Shown piece by piece: positions 1-10,009 of a stretch of DNA of 64,000 nucleotides. Origin of the DNA: an uncultured Candidatus Saccharibacteria bacterium (GTDB lineage Bacteria > Patescibacteriota > Minisyncoccia > Phycocordibacterales > UBA918); NCBI GenBank assembly GCA_964399295.1, contig CAYNQD010000001.1, positions 527,672 to 591,671 of the forward strand. Reading direction: 5' to 3'. Position 1 is the stretch's first letter, and each line of letters opens with the position of its first letter. The notes under the pieces are model-generated. The model ran no database searches and had not been told where the DNA came from. It saw only the letters and a program-made list of their open reading frames with translations. Position numbers and translations under genes: made by a program.

Positions 1-521
1 AATTTCATTAGAGTATTGAAGCGATTCAAGGCCTGATTTTGAATAGCGGCCACCAAGATATTGCGGTGATTTTCGGTTTGCTTTTGATTTTCCTCCAATT
101 CAATCTCCGCCCAATCAAGGGTGACTTCGCCAATTGGAACAGGGATATATTTACGGGCCTCCACTCTGACACGAGCAGAAATATCTTCCTTTGCCTCAGC
201 CACAAAATCAATCATAGTCACAAAGCTGGAAGCCAGCGGCATAGCAAAAACGACATTATTGGCTTTGACGGCTGATTCGCGTAAGACATCTACCAGGGCT
301 TGTTGCTCTTTTTTTGGTTCGAGGGCTACAGACTGGCCAATCTCCTGATCGGCATAAGGGCCAAGCTGCAATTCTCCGTAGGTGGTCAGATTTAAAACCC
401 CCGCCCTTTCTTGCACTTCCACCACTTTTATGGAAGACGAGCCAATATCAATACCAACCACTCGATCAGAGATTCCGGTTTTAGCAGTAACATCTGAGAA
501 AAAATTCTTTAGGGATTTCAT
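1..521 (-). CDS. pilM: Type IV pilus assembly protein PilM (N-terminal part; the 3' end runs off the window edge)
   Basis: The reverse-complement translation from the ATG at 521 reads MKSLKNFFSDVTAKTGISDRVVGIDIGSSSIKVVEVQERAGVLNLTTYGELQLGPYADQEIG..., with the actin-like ATPase N-terminus (VGIDIGSSSIKV) typical of PilM. The reading frame stays open to position 1. The ORF track does not list it because it is truncated by the window. Confidence 0.6.
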   Translation of the reverse strand, partial: MKSLKNFFSDVTAKTGISDRVVGIDIGSSSIKVVEVQERAGVLNLTTYGELQLGPYADQEIGQSVALEPKKEQQALVDVLRESAVKANNVVFAMPLASSFVTMIDFVAEAKEDISARVRVEARKYIPVPIGEVTLDWAEIELEENQKQTENHRNILVAAIQNQALNRFNTLMK

Positions 522-575
522 AGATCTTGTTATCTCGTATATTCTAACACGATTATATCCTATACTATACAGCAC

Positions 576-1187
576 ATGTTGAATATCTTTTCCAAAATTA
601 TTGAAGCCATTTTGCCAACCCACCACTCAGTCAGAGAAATCAGAGGGGAAACTCCGGCTGAATTTGTCCGTTTTTTCTCTCCGCGTATTTTTATAAATTA
701 TATTACCCTCTCCAGCTACAATATGCCGTTGGTCAAAGCGGCCATTCACGCCAATAAATTTCACAATTCACCACTGGCTTCTAAATTATTATCTGAACTG
801 GTTAAAGCTTGGCTAAAAACTTTGCCGCGGAAGCCGGTGATTTTTGTACCTATCCCCTTAAGTAAAAATCGTAAATTGCAAAGAGGATACAATCAGGTGA
901 CGCAAATCGTAGACCAACTTAAAAATGACGACACGATTTTGGTTAGAAATCTTTTAACCAGAAACCGCGATACCCCGCCTCAGACTAGCCTAAAGCGCAA
1001 ACAGAGACTTCACAATTTGAAAAACGCGTTTGCGTACGAAAAACAAAATATTGATTTTTCTAATTTTCGGGTGGTTATTATAGATGATGTTGTCACCACC
1101 GGTGCCACCATGAAATCAGCTTATTTGACTCTGCGGCCAAACTTACCCAAGGATTGTGAGCTACTTTGCGTGGCGGTGGCCCATTGA
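576..1187 (+). CDS. ComF-family protein / phosphoribosyltransferase-domain protein
   Basis: 203 aa. The C-terminal motif VVIIDDVVTTGATM is the PRPP-binding signature of type I phosphoribosyltransferases and ComFC. The size is typical of ComF. Confidence 0.55.
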   Translation: MLNIFSKIIEAILPTHHSVREIRGETPAEFVRFFSPRIFINYITLSSYNMPLVKAAIHANKFHNSPLASKLLSELVKAWLKTLPRKPVIFVPIPLSKNRKLQRGYNQVTQIVDQLKNDDTILVRNLLTRNRDTPPQTSLKRKQRLHNLKNAFAYEKQNIDFSNFRVVIIDDVVTTGATMKSAYLTLRPNLPKDCELLCVAVAH

Positions 1188-1280
1188 GAATTAGCACAGG
1201 GGACACTCAAAACATTCGCAGATATTAAAAAATATGTTATCTTATTGCCACTATAGTTTATTTTAAGAGACTGTAGGAAT

Positions 1281-1370
1281 GGAGACGTGGCTGAGTGGCC
1301 GAAAGCGCCTCACTGCTAACGAGGTAGGGTTTAAAAGCCCTCGGAGGTTCGAATCCTCTCGTCTCCGCCA
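1281..1370 (+). tRNA. tRNA-Ser (anticodon GCT), with encoded CCA
   Basis: The sequence is GGAGACG...CGTCTCC G CCA, a 7-bp acceptor stem. It has a D-loop GG, a T-loop GGTTCGAATCC and a long variable arm (GGGTTTAAAAGCCCT). The anticodon loop is CT-GCT-AA. It lies immediately 5' of a recombinase-bearing island. Confidence 0.85.
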
Positions 1371-1448
1371 ATAGAACTAAGTATCGGAGTGACCCGCATA
1401 CTTCAAAGACACATGAAATGATCATGTGTTTTTTGTTAGAATTAAAGT

Positions 1449-2183
1449 ATGGAAGATGAGACAAAAAAGGTATATGACAAACTCGTTGAAGTACTATCTG
1501 AGCGTAGTGGTTATTTCGGTCGTGTAAGTACATGGGGTCAGAGACCTAATAAATACGAATATATTGGTTACGAATTAGATTCTGACTTCAGTATAAACTT
1601 GAATAACTTAACTGAGGAAAGAAGGAAATCTTTAACACGAATTATTTCGTATTTTGAAATACACGCCAATCCACTTAAGAAAGTGCTTGATAGTGATAGT
1701 AAAGAAACCCTTTCTGACTTCTATTCAGATTGGGCCTGGTCACACTTTATGACAGTGATTATGTTTGGGATGTTAGAGTTTGCAGTACGAGATAATCCTT
1801 CTTGTATTGTATGGCAAGATAAAAAGAGAGATCGAATTTATAAAGCCTCAAGTATAAAGAAATTTTTGGAAACTTTTTTACCGAAAGATATCAGAGATGA
1901 TGTAACTTCACGCTATAAAACTGAAGATAATAAAACGCTTAATACATTTGAAGAGGTGATAAATCATTTGTGGGAAGAAATTAGATCCGGTTTTATCCAT
2001 GAGGCTGGTGTTCATTACAAAGGAATGGAATGGACCACGCTAAGTGGAATGGGTTCTAAAGAAGATCCAATTAGATTGGGTCAAGATGTACCAATGCAGG
2101 AGTTATTACAAATCACTTGGCTAGCAATTTTAAATTCATATGGCTACACAGGTCGCTTAGAATTACCGAAGTATAAAATTTAG
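1449..2183 (+). CDS. Hypothetical protein (first gene of the island)
   Basis: 244-aa ORF with no recognisable motifs. It sits between the tRNA-Ser and the nuclease and recombinase genes. Confidence 0.4.
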   Translation: MEDETKKVYDKLVEVLSERSGYFGRVSTWGQRPNKYEYIGYELDSDFSINLNNLTEERRKSLTRIISYFEIHANPLKKVLDSDSKETLSDFYSDWAWSHFMTVIMFGMLEFAVRDNPSCIVWQDKKRDRIYKASSIKKFLETFLPKDIRDDVTSRYKTEDNKTLNTFEEVINHLWEEIRSGFIHEAGVHYKGMEWTTLSGMGSKEDPIRLGQDVPMQELLQITWLAILNSYGYTGRLELPKYKI

Positions 2184-2222
2184 TTGATTTAGAAATTGTT
2201 TTAATTCAAAACAACCCCCTTA

Positions 2223-3587
2223 CTATTCCATGTCTCTTTCTGAGATTTGAAGTCTTAATCTGGCACCCTCAATTAACTCAGTGTAGGTTACGATATCGAT
2301 ATTTTTATATGCAGACTTCATTTCTTTATATGCGTCTGACGCATTTTTCTCATAGTCTACTTTTGATACCCCAGACTTAATGCTTGGCGATAGTTCATCG
2401 TAAGGTTTCACTATCCTTTGTATTGTTCCTATGACTATAATTGCTTTTGGTCTACAGATCGAAAGGGTTATTGTTCCACCCAATTCTTGTTCTAGATAGT
2501 CTCTAATTGTTAAATCTCCAATTTTTAAATCAGTGTCGTGTTCTCTATATAATGCTGAAATATACCTTTCGGACTGTGCTGCGGCAATGCCAAGTGATTT
2601 TGATGGATAAAATTTACCTCTACTAGAATCGTAGTCCAGTAAAAATTCATCTGGTCTTTTTAGCTCTACAATTTCAATATCTGAAAGGTAGTTTATTAGT
2701 AAAATATCAAATTGTGATCTTGAATGACCTATAGCAGAAACTACATACTTATTAGTATTAAGTAATGCAGGTACTCCAAATATTATGTGTTGACCGTATT
2801 TAGTAAGTATCTTTTCCATCAAATCCTCAGGGCCGCTTATTGATAGTTTTGAAAAACCAAAAATTTCGCTTCCTAAGGTTTGAGCTTTAGTTCTGGTTAA
2901 ATTATCATCATCAACTATTGTCTGCATTGCATCGAGTAACCATTGGGCTTGCTTGTTAATCTGTTTAGTTATTACAATTTCAATATTTTCTCCAGTTTCA
3001 AGCTGACTAGTCAGTGCAACAATGTCACTTTGAGAAATCTTCCTATTTGCAATAGCCTCTTGGAGTAAAATTGAATAGTCTCTTACAGTAGTGGCTTCGG
3101 TACTGACCAGCGAGTAACTTTCTTCTAAAAATGGAGCGATTCGATTTCTGACACGTGTAGTTCTATCTCTACCTTCCTCGCGATAAATTGTTGTGAGGAT
3201 GAGGTATAAATCTAACTTAATATACAAAATACTACCTTCGATTTTGTTTTCTGGGCCTCCAACAATAATTTTGTTTAGCTTTGGATTAAGATGTCGGACC
3301 ATGTCCAAAACCCTTTTTACACCTCTTGGAGGATTGCTGATGTTTCCAGTTAAAACCCTCTTCAGTGTTTCGTGATTTATCAATATTGTTGCCTCATAAT
3401 CTTCTTGGATAACATCTTCCTTCATTCTAGGAAAATATCTTGTCTTAGAATAGGAAATTTCAGTAGTTGAGTACTTAAACAATATTTTTCGACCAACTTT
3501 AACTTGTTTAGCGGAGATAGTTAATTTACCGTCATCTTGTAGCTTTGAAAGTTTTGTCTGTAATTTTTCTTGAATAGGCTTTTTCAC
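2223..3587 (-). CDS. PD-(D/E)xK-family nuclease, possibly Shedu (DUF4263)-like
   Basis: 454 aa. The C-terminal region FDILLINYLSDIEIVELKRPDEF shows the D...(D/E)-x-K arrangement (D, then E-L-K about 14 residues later) characteristic of PD-(D/E)xK nucleases. It is a single-gene, defence-type protein next to the recombinase. Confidence 0.35.
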   Translation of the reverse strand: MKKPIQEKLQTKLSKLQDDGKLTISAKQVKVGRKILFKYSTTEISYSKTRYFPRMKEDVIQEDYEATILINHETLKRVLTGNISNPPRGVKRVLDMVRHLNPKLNKIIVGGPENKIEGSILYIKLDLYLILTTIYREEGRDRTTRVRNRIAPFLEESYSLVSTEATTVRDYSILLQEAIANRKISQSDIVALTSQLETGENIEIVITKQINKQAQWLLDAMQTIVDDDNLTRTKAQTLGSEIFGFSKLSISGPEDLMEKILTKYGQHIIFGVPALLNTNKYVVSAIGHSRSQFDILLINYLSDIEIVELKRPDEFLLDYDSSRGKFYPSKSLGIAAAQSERYISALYREHDTDLKIGDLTIRDYLEQELGGTITLSICRPKAIIVIGTIQRIVKPYDELSPSIKSGVSKVDYEKNASDAYKEMKSAYKNIDIVTYTELIEGARLRLQISERDME

Positions 3588-3628
3588 AATTTCAGTATAA
3601 CAAAACCATTTTGTAAAGCGAGATATCG

Positions 3629-4951
3629 CTAATTCAGTAATTCTAAAGTTTTATCTTTATATACTATCCTCGATCTCAAATTCGCCAATAACTCTCTCTT
3701 CTCAACAGTCGATCCTTCTTTCAGAATGTATTTTGCGTAGTTCCTGATATCCGTTTCAGGATCAGACTTTATCTTTTCTTTAGCTCCAAGCACTGATCTC
3801 TGGAATATGTTGAATCGTGCAATCTCATCTTCGAGCTTCTTTCGCATGCCTAATTCATTGATATCTACTTTATCTAATATCTTCAGAAGTTCCAGTATTA
3901 AATCTTCTTCTCTTATATACATATTTTTGCAGTTACGGTCTCTGGCTCGTGAGCAGGAGTAGTAGATGTATCTGTTTGCGCCACCAGCTTTAAGTTGTTT
4001 CCATTTCTCTTCAGCAGAGATGCCTGATCCGCAGTATCCGCAAGTAAATAGCTTTGTAAAGGCAAATTCTTTTGTTTCCCTCACTATCTGATCACGCTTG
4101 AGCTGTGCTTTGGCTTTTTCAAATAACTCTTGGGTGATGAGTGGTGCATGTTTTCCTTGATACCAGTTGCCACTATTCTTTGGTCGTTCAAATACCCCAT
4201 AGTAGAAAGGGTTTTCGAGTATACGATAGACACCTGAGAGAGTGAGTGGTTTGTTTCCTCTAGTGTAAAAGTTTAGCTCAAATCTGAGCCAGTTATATAC
4301 CTTTCGACCAGACCATTGCTCGTAGGCGACTTTCTCAAATATCTTTTTTACTGTCGGTGCACGAAGTGTATCTACAATCAGTTGGCACTTCTTATCCATT
4401 AGTCCCTGTGTTAGATAACCTAATGGTGCTATCCCTGACCATAGCCCCATCTCCGCTCTGGTCCGCAGACCCCTCTTCACATTAATACCTCTATTGTCAT
4501 TCTCCAGCTTCGCTTGCGATCCGAGAATCATCAGGAGGAACTTCTCATTTGGATTGTTGCCGAACTTCTGTCCGAACGTTCTTATCTCTTCTAATTTTCC
4601 CGCATCCATCAGGTCTACAATCCTCCCAAGGTCGCCAGCGTTTCTACTGATACGGTCGGGTGCCCATGTCAGAATACCGTTGTATTTACCTTCGCGTATC
4701 TCCTCAACTATTTCATTGAAAACTGGTCGTTGACCTGTCTCTTTGGCAGAGTGAGATTCGCGCTTCATTTCTACTATCTCCAAGCATTCTCGATCTGCGA
4801 GCTGGAGCATTTCCTTGATCTGGCTGTCTATCGAAAGCACTTGGCGTTCCTCAGACTCTGTAGACTTTCTAGCGTATAGGCAATATTTTACTTTTACGGG
4901 TACTACCTCCTGTATTGTCGTGCCGTGTGGCATTGATATCGTTTGATTCAT
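3629..4951 (-). CDS. Large serine recombinase (resolvase/invertase N-terminal domain plus recombinase and zinc-ribbon domains)
   Basis: The N-terminus VKYCLYARKSTESEERQVLSIDSQ carries the catalytic-serine resolvase motif. The C-terminus has a CGYCGS...YYSCSRAR zinc ribbon. The ORF track gives 3629..5056, but that start would overlap the divergent gene at 5022. The internal ATG at 4951 (MNQTISMPHG...) is the likelier start. Confidence 0.8.
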   Translation of the reverse strand: MNQTISMPHGTTIQEVVPVKVKYCLYARKSTESEERQVLSIDSQIKEMLQLADRECLEIVEMKRESHSAKETGQRPVFNEIVEEIREGKYNGILTWAPDRISRNAGDLGRIVDLMDAGKLEEIRTFGQKFGNNPNEKFLLMILGSQAKLENDNRGINVKRGLRTRAEMGLWSGIAPLGYLTQGLMDKKCQLIVDTLRAPTVKKIFEKVAYEQWSGRKVYNWLRFELNFYTRGNKPLTLSGVYRILENPFYYGVFERPKNSGNWYQGKHAPLITQELFEKAKAQLKRDQIVRETKEFAFTKLFTCGYCGSGISAEEKWKQLKAGGANRYIYYSCSRARDRNCKNMYIREEDLILELLKILDKVDINELGMRKKLEDEIARFNIFQRSVLGAKEKIKSDPETDIRNYAKYILKEGSTVEKRELLANLRSRIVYKDKTLELLN

Positions 4952-5021
4952 ATAACCTATCAATGACGCAACGACCCACATAAGTCTAGGCAAAACAGCA
5001 CAAAAGAGTAGAATTCTCTTA

Positions 5022-6074
5022 ATGGCACTACGAAAGCAAAGAATACCTAAATACAAAGGTCATATAATGACTAGTATTGATGCTGCTAAATTGGGAATTG
5101 AAATGTTTAACAGAGTTGAAGGTGTTCACTCAAGACAAGCGGCTTTAATTTTCAATGCTCAAGCTTGGGAATTGTTTGCGAAAGGAGTACTTACTAAAAA
5201 GAAGATAAATATATACAAAGCTGATGGGACCTCACTTAGTGGTGAAGTGGCGGTTCATAAACTTTATAGCAGACTTCATATTTTGAATGAAGTTGAGAGT
5301 CAGACCATTCAACAAGTTTTTTCGCTCAGAAATGAAGCCATGCACCACGTCTTGTCAGATGTGCCTGATGAAATACTGACACATTTAATGTATTTTTCAC
5401 TAAAGATTTACCATAAACTATTAAAGGAACAATTTCCATCGTATTTTAAAGAATTTGATAAGAATTATTTGTCTATTGCTTTCAAGGAAAACACTTTCTA
5501 CTCTCATAGAATCAAAAAACTCTATTCATCCTCTAAAAAAACTAATACCCAGAATAATCATCTTTTATATTTACTTGACCGTGCATGTAAATATGGTGCT
5601 GAATCAGACGAAAACAAGAAAATACTTTCTTATAAAGAGTGGCAAAAAAGAATAAAAGCTAAACCAAAGAAATCAAGAATCTCGAAGCATCTCTCAGTTT
5701 ATGACTATACTCAAAAACAGGATGATGTGCGTTTTGTTCCAGTAGAAACTCCCAAAGGGCATGGGGTAAATATTGATATAAGGAAAGCAAAGAAACAATC
5801 AGAAGCTTTAAGTGTTTTTATTAAAAAAAGTAATCCAGATAATGATTACCCGTTTCTAACTTCAGACATGGCTAGTCATTTGGGCAAGACTGATTATTTT
5901 GTAAGAAAACTAGCAGAAAAACTAAAGTTTGAGGGAAACACTGAATATAAGACTGTTATCAAGACAGGTAAAAAGAGCACAACTAAAAAGTTTTCAAACA
6001 AGGCTTTGGAAAGGATGCGTAGCTGGATTAAAGATAACCCACACTGGAGTCCTTATAAAACAAAGAGTACATAA
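5022..6074 (+). CDS. Hypothetical protein with an Rx4H (HEPN-like) motif and a Lys-rich C-terminal half
   Basis: 350 aa. The motif SLRNEAMHH fits the HEPN Rx4-6H pattern. The C-terminal half is basic and Lys-rich, consistent with nucleic-acid binding. The start may instead be M16 (at 5067). Confidence 0.4.
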   Translation: MALRKQRIPKYKGHIMTSIDAAKLGIEMFNRVEGVHSRQAALIFNAQAWELFAKGVLTKKKINIYKADGTSLSGEVAVHKLYSRLHILNEVESQTIQQVFSLRNEAMHHVLSDVPDEILTHLMYFSLKIYHKLLKEQFPSYFKEFDKNYLSIAFKENTFYSHRIKKLYSSSKKTNTQNNHLLYLLDRACKYGAESDENKKILSYKEWQKRIKAKPKKSRISKHLSVYDYTQKQDDVRFVPVETPKGHGVNIDIRKAKKQSEALSVFIKKSNPDNDYPFLTSDMASHLGKTDYFVRKLAEKLKFEGNTEYKTVIKTGKKSTTKKFSNKALERMRSWIKDNPHWSPYKTKST

Positions 6075-6166
6075 GAAAAAAGATATTTTGCTTCGCAAAA
6101 CCAATAAAGTAAGCTAAGGTACTCAAATGATGATTTCACCTAGATATATAAGCGTATTTAGCCTAT

Positions 6167-9100
6167 TTGTGCTATAAATACTGTATGTACTCAGTAAATG
6201 ACTACCTTTCTGAGATAGCCAAGTACTTTGAAGATGAGAACAGTTCTGAGCACTCGTATCGGACATCATTTCAAAATTACTTAGCTACTATATTCCCCGA
6301 ATCAGAGGGCTATTTTATTCAGCAGGATCAGCGAGCAATAAACGGCAACAAACCAGACTATATTGTCCTCAAGAACAAAGTTCCACTTTTATATATTGAA
6401 GTTAAGAAGGTTGGAGAAGATTTAAATAAAATTGAAAACTCTAATCAAGCCGATCGTTATTTCGGATACACAAACTTAATCATTAGTGATTACGTTGAGT
6501 TTCGTTTTTTCAGGAATGGTCAGCGGTACGACGACTCGATATCACTTGGTGATGTTCATGCTAAAACTCGCACTATCTCCCCTAAGGCAGAGAATGCGGA
6601 GCGTCTTGTGCGTACAACTAAAGACTTCACTAATAGTCAGAAAGAGCCAATCAAGAGTGGTAGGCACTTAGCAAAAATTATGGGAGGTAAGGCTCAGCGC
6701 ATCAGAGATAACGTTATTGCTTTTCTTGAAACTGAAAGTACTGATAAAGATGAGCTAATTCGGATGCGAAGGTTTATTAAGGAGCATTTGATTGAAAACT
6801 TCTCTGATGCAGATTTTGCTGATATGTACGCCCAAACTTTGGTGTATGGACTTTTTGCAGCTCGATACAATGATGATACTCTCGAGAGCTTTAGTCGTCA
6901 GGAGGCACGAGAGTTGGTACCTGCTACCAATCCATTCTTAAAGAGTTTCTTTGATCACATCTCGGGCACTTCTTTCCCTCGCCGTTTAGAACTTATCGTT
7001 AATGAACTTTGTGAGGTATTTACCCATGCAGACGTTAAGGCATTGATGGAGGACTACTTCAAAACAACCGATTTATTTGGTACAGACCATGAGAGTCCAG
7101 ACCCTGTGATCCACTTTTATGAAGACTTCCTTCGAGAATACGACCCTTCTAAAAAGATGGAAATGGGTGTTTTTTACACACCGCTTCCTGTAGTTAGATT
7201 TATTATTCGAGGTATAGACGAGCTTCTTAAGAAGGAGTTTGGTATTGCTAAAGGTTTGGCAGACAACGAAAAGATATCTGTAACAAAAACTCATGTAGAT
7301 GATCGAGGAAAAAATATTAAAGACACTCGAGAGATTCATCGTGTACAAATGCTCGATGTGGCAGTAGGTACTGGTACGTTCCTTAATGAAACGGTGAATC
7401 ATATTCACGAGTCACAGAAATCTAACCAAGGTCGTTGGAATGCGTATGTAGAAGACGATTTATTACCTCGTCTACATGGTTTTGAACTTATGATGGCAAG
7501 TTACACTATTGCTCATCTCAAGCTTGCAATGACCCTCAAGAAGAGTGGCGTGGAAAAGTTTGGAAAACGATTAGGCGTATATCTTAGTAACACGCTCGAT
7601 GATGCTCATAACATACCGTTAACTAGCTCATTATTTGGTGTTGTAGATAGTATTGCTCAGGAAAGCCGACTTGCTTCGGAAGTAAAAAATGACACACCTA
7701 TAATGGTAGTGATGGGTAATCCTCCGTATTCAGTAGTGTCACAGAACCTTCATTATACTGATAATCAAGTTTACAAAGTAGAACCAGGCGGCTTGAAAAA
7801 GCTAAAAGAAGATAAAAATTTCCTTGATGATGATTATGTTAAGTTCATCCGTTTTGCTGAAAGTATGGTTGAGAAAAATGGCGAAGGTATAATTGGGATG
7901 ATTACAAATCATGGCTATATTGATAACCTCTCTTTTAGAGGAATGCGTTGGCATTTAAGGAATACTTTCGATGTGATTTATGTACTGGATCTTCATGGAA
8001 ATAGCACGAAGAAAGAAACTGCACCTGATGGCTCAGAGGATAAAAACGTATTCGACATTAAAACAGGTGTATCAATTATTTTTGGAGTTAAGAAGAAATC
8101 TGAACAAAAAAATAAAGAACTTGCAACTGTGTACACTGCTGACATATATGGGAAGAGGGCTGAAAAATTTGCTGAATTAAGTAGTGCGAATATCGAAGGA
8201 ATTAAATGGAATAAACTACCTGAAGTTTCTGACGTTTGGAGAGTTGAAGGAGAAGGTAAAAGCGATTATATGAAAGGCTTTTCTCTGGCAGATTTATTCC
8301 CAAAAAATACAACCGGTGTCTTTACTCTAGGTGACGGTTTTATCGTTGCTGACAACAAAGATGAACTTGAAAAAAGAATTGAAGTTTTACTCAATGAAGA
8401 TGTGTCAGAGTCACAATTGACCGAGAAATATTCACTTGGAAAAAATTATGCTAGATGGGTCATTGAAAATAAAAAAGCGGGGAAAATAATTGACTTCAGA
8501 AGTACTTTAACTTCACTGAATTACAGACCATTTGATAAACGCTACACCACCCTGACGACTAGTTTGGTTTGGCGTCCGCGTATCTCCGTGATGAAGCATT
8601 TATTGCAATCTGGGAATACGGCGTTGTTATTTAGTAGACAGGGTGGAGCTGCAAATCCCACATCATTTGACACTATTTTTATTTCAGACTCTGCAGTTGA
8701 TCTTAATTTCTTTAGAAGAGGCGGTGAGGTTGTGTGTCCTCTCTACTTGTATGAAGGTGATGACAGAGTTGCTAATCTGGATGATGAGATTGTTAATAAT
8801 ATTGAAAAGATATCGCACAAGACTAATCCAGAGGATATTGTAGATTACATTTACGCGTATCTGCACTCACCTACCTATCGCACAAAGTACAAAGAATTTT
8901 TGAATGGTGACTTTCCTCGAGTTCCTTATCCGAAAAATAAAGATTATTTTTGGAAAATTGTAGAGTCAGGTCGTCACCTAAGAGAACTGCACCTACTTAC
9001 TCATTCTTCAATACAAAATCAAATCACCTCTTTTCCAGAAACTGGAACAGATACGGTAGATAAGCCAGTATTTAAAAATAACCGTGTATATATAAATGAT

Positions 9101-9292
9101 GTTCAGTATTGGGACGGTATACCGAAGGAGGTGTGGGAATTCTATATCGGGGGTTACCAACCATTGCAGAAATATCTAAAAGACCGTAAAGGCAAAAAAC
9201 TAAGCTCAGCAGAGTTTGAGAATTATGAAAAAATGATTGTCTCATTAAATGAAACAATCATGGTTATGAAGGAAATAGATAAAATTATTTAA
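6167..9292 (+). CDS. Type IIG/IIL restriction-modification enzyme (N-terminal PD-ExK nuclease, gamma-class N6-adenine methyltransferase, C-terminal target-recognition region), MmeI/PglX-like
   Basis: 1041 aa. The N-terminus has KPDYIVL...LYIEVKK (PD...E-x-K). The methyltransferase motif IV is VVMGNPPYS, and a motif-I-like LDVAVGTGTF is upstream. The start may be the second Met at 6185. Confidence 0.75.
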   Translation: MCYKYCMYSVNDYLSEIAKYFEDENSSEHSYRTSFQNYLATIFPESEGYFIQQDQRAINGNKPDYIVLKNKVPLLYIEVKKVGEDLNKIENSNQADRYFGYTNLIISDYVEFRFFRNGQRYDDSISLGDVHAKTRTISPKAENAERLVRTTKDFTNSQKEPIKSGRHLAKIMGGKAQRIRDNVIAFLETESTDKDELIRMRRFIKEHLIENFSDADFADMYAQTLVYGLFAARYNDDTLESFSRQEARELVPATNPFLKSFFDHISGTSFPRRLELIVNELCEVFTHADVKALMEDYFKTTDLFGTDHESPDPVIHFYEDFLREYDPSKKMEMGVFYTPLPVVRFIIRGIDELLKKEFGIAKGLADNEKISVTKTHVDDRGKNIKDTREIHRVQMLDVAVGTGTFLNETVNHIHESQKSNQGRWNAYVEDDLLPRLHGFELMMASYTIAHLKLAMTLKKSGVEKFGKRLGVYLSNTLDDAHNIPLTSSLFGVVDSIAQESRLASEVKNDTPIMVVMGNPPYSVVSQNLHYTDNQVYKVEPGGLKKLKEDKNFLDDDYVKFIRFAESMVEKNGEGIIGMITNHGYIDNLSFRGMRWHLRNTFDVIYVLDLHGNSTKKETAPDGSEDKNVFDIKTGVSIIFGVKKKSEQKNKELATVYTADIYGKRAEKFAELSSANIEGIKWNKLPEVSDVWRVEGEGKSDYMKGFSLADLFPKNTTGVFTLGDGFIVADNKDELEKRIEVLLNEDVSESQLTEKYSLGKNYARWVIENKKAGKIIDFRSTLTSLNYRPFDKRYTTLTTSLVWRPRISVMKHLLQSGNTALLFSRQGGAANPTSFDTIFISDSAVDLNFFRRGGEVVCPLYLYEGDDRVANLDDEIVNNIEKISHKTNPEDIVDYIYAYLHSPTYRTKYKEFLNGDFPRVPYPKNKDYFWKIVESGRHLRELHLLTHSSIQNQITSFPETGTDTVDKPVFKNNRVYINDVQYWDGIPKEVWEFYIGGYQPLQKYLKDRKGKKLSSAEFENYEKMIVSLNETIMVMKEIDKII

Positions 9293-9295
9293 TAT

Positions 9296-10006
9296 ATGTC
9301 ACACCAACAAGCCTCAAACTGGATATCTCTCTCAGACATGATGACAGGTCTCATGCTCATCTTTTTACTGATTGCAGTATTGGTCACAATGCAAATTACT
9401 CAAGAACAAAAACAGAGACAACAGTCGGTAGCTGAATATCAAGAAATCAAAGACGATATTTACACAGACCTAAAAGATGCCTTTGGTTCAAAAGAAGATG
9501 CTTGGGGTATTGATATCACACGTGATCTTGTTATTAAGTTTGAAAATCCTGACCTTCTGTTTGGTGTTGATGAAGCTAATTTAACAGAGGGATATAAAAA
9601 CATCTTAAGTGAGTTTATTCCTCTATATATTGGTATTATTAATAAGCAGGAATATAAAGAACGGATTAAGGAGGTCCGAATCGAAGGTCACACAGCTGAT
9701 GTTTCTTCAGCCCACCCTACATACATGAGTACTATTGAACTATCTCAAGATAGATCTAATGCAGTTCTAGAATATATTTTAGAAAATAATTTCTTCAATA
9801 GCCTAGAAGGACCAGACCAAAGAAAATTACGCTTTTGGTTTAGTGCCAACGGTTTGGGTAATGGTAGAACATTAGACCAAAACAGCCAGTATACATACGT
9901 GACAAACGCTCCTATTAGCCCAAATTCGAGAAGAGTTGAATTCCGTATCCTAACGGATAGTGAGAGTTTGATTGACGAAATTTTTAAACAAGATATTAAT
10001 AACTAA
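9296..10006 (+). CDS. MotB/ZorB-like protein (N-terminal TM helix with conserved Asp, C-terminal OmpA-like peptidoglycan-binding domain)
   Basis: 236 aa. NWISLSDMMTGLMLIFLLIAVL matches the MotB TM/plug signature (W..Y/L-A/S-D-L/M-MT.LM.FF). The C-terminus VRIEGHTADVSS...LSQDRSNAVLEYIL...RRVEFRI matches the OmpA-family core. Confidence 0.7.
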   Translation: MSHQQASNWISLSDMMTGLMLIFLLIAVLVTMQITQEQKQRQQSVAEYQEIKDDIYTDLKDAFGSKEDAWGIDITRDLVIKFENPDLLFGVDEANLTEGYKNILSEFIPLYIGIINKQEYKERIKEVRIEGHTADVSSAHPTYMSTIELSQDRSNAVLEYILENNFFNSLEGPDQRKLRFWFSANGLGNGRTLDQNSQYTYVTNAPISPNSRRVEFRILTDSESLIDEIFKQDINN

Positions 10007-10009
10007 ATT

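Noticed and set aside
3193-3375. 60-aa ORF antisense within the Shedu-like nuclease gene
   Set aside because: It is nested antisense in a longer, better-supported ORF.
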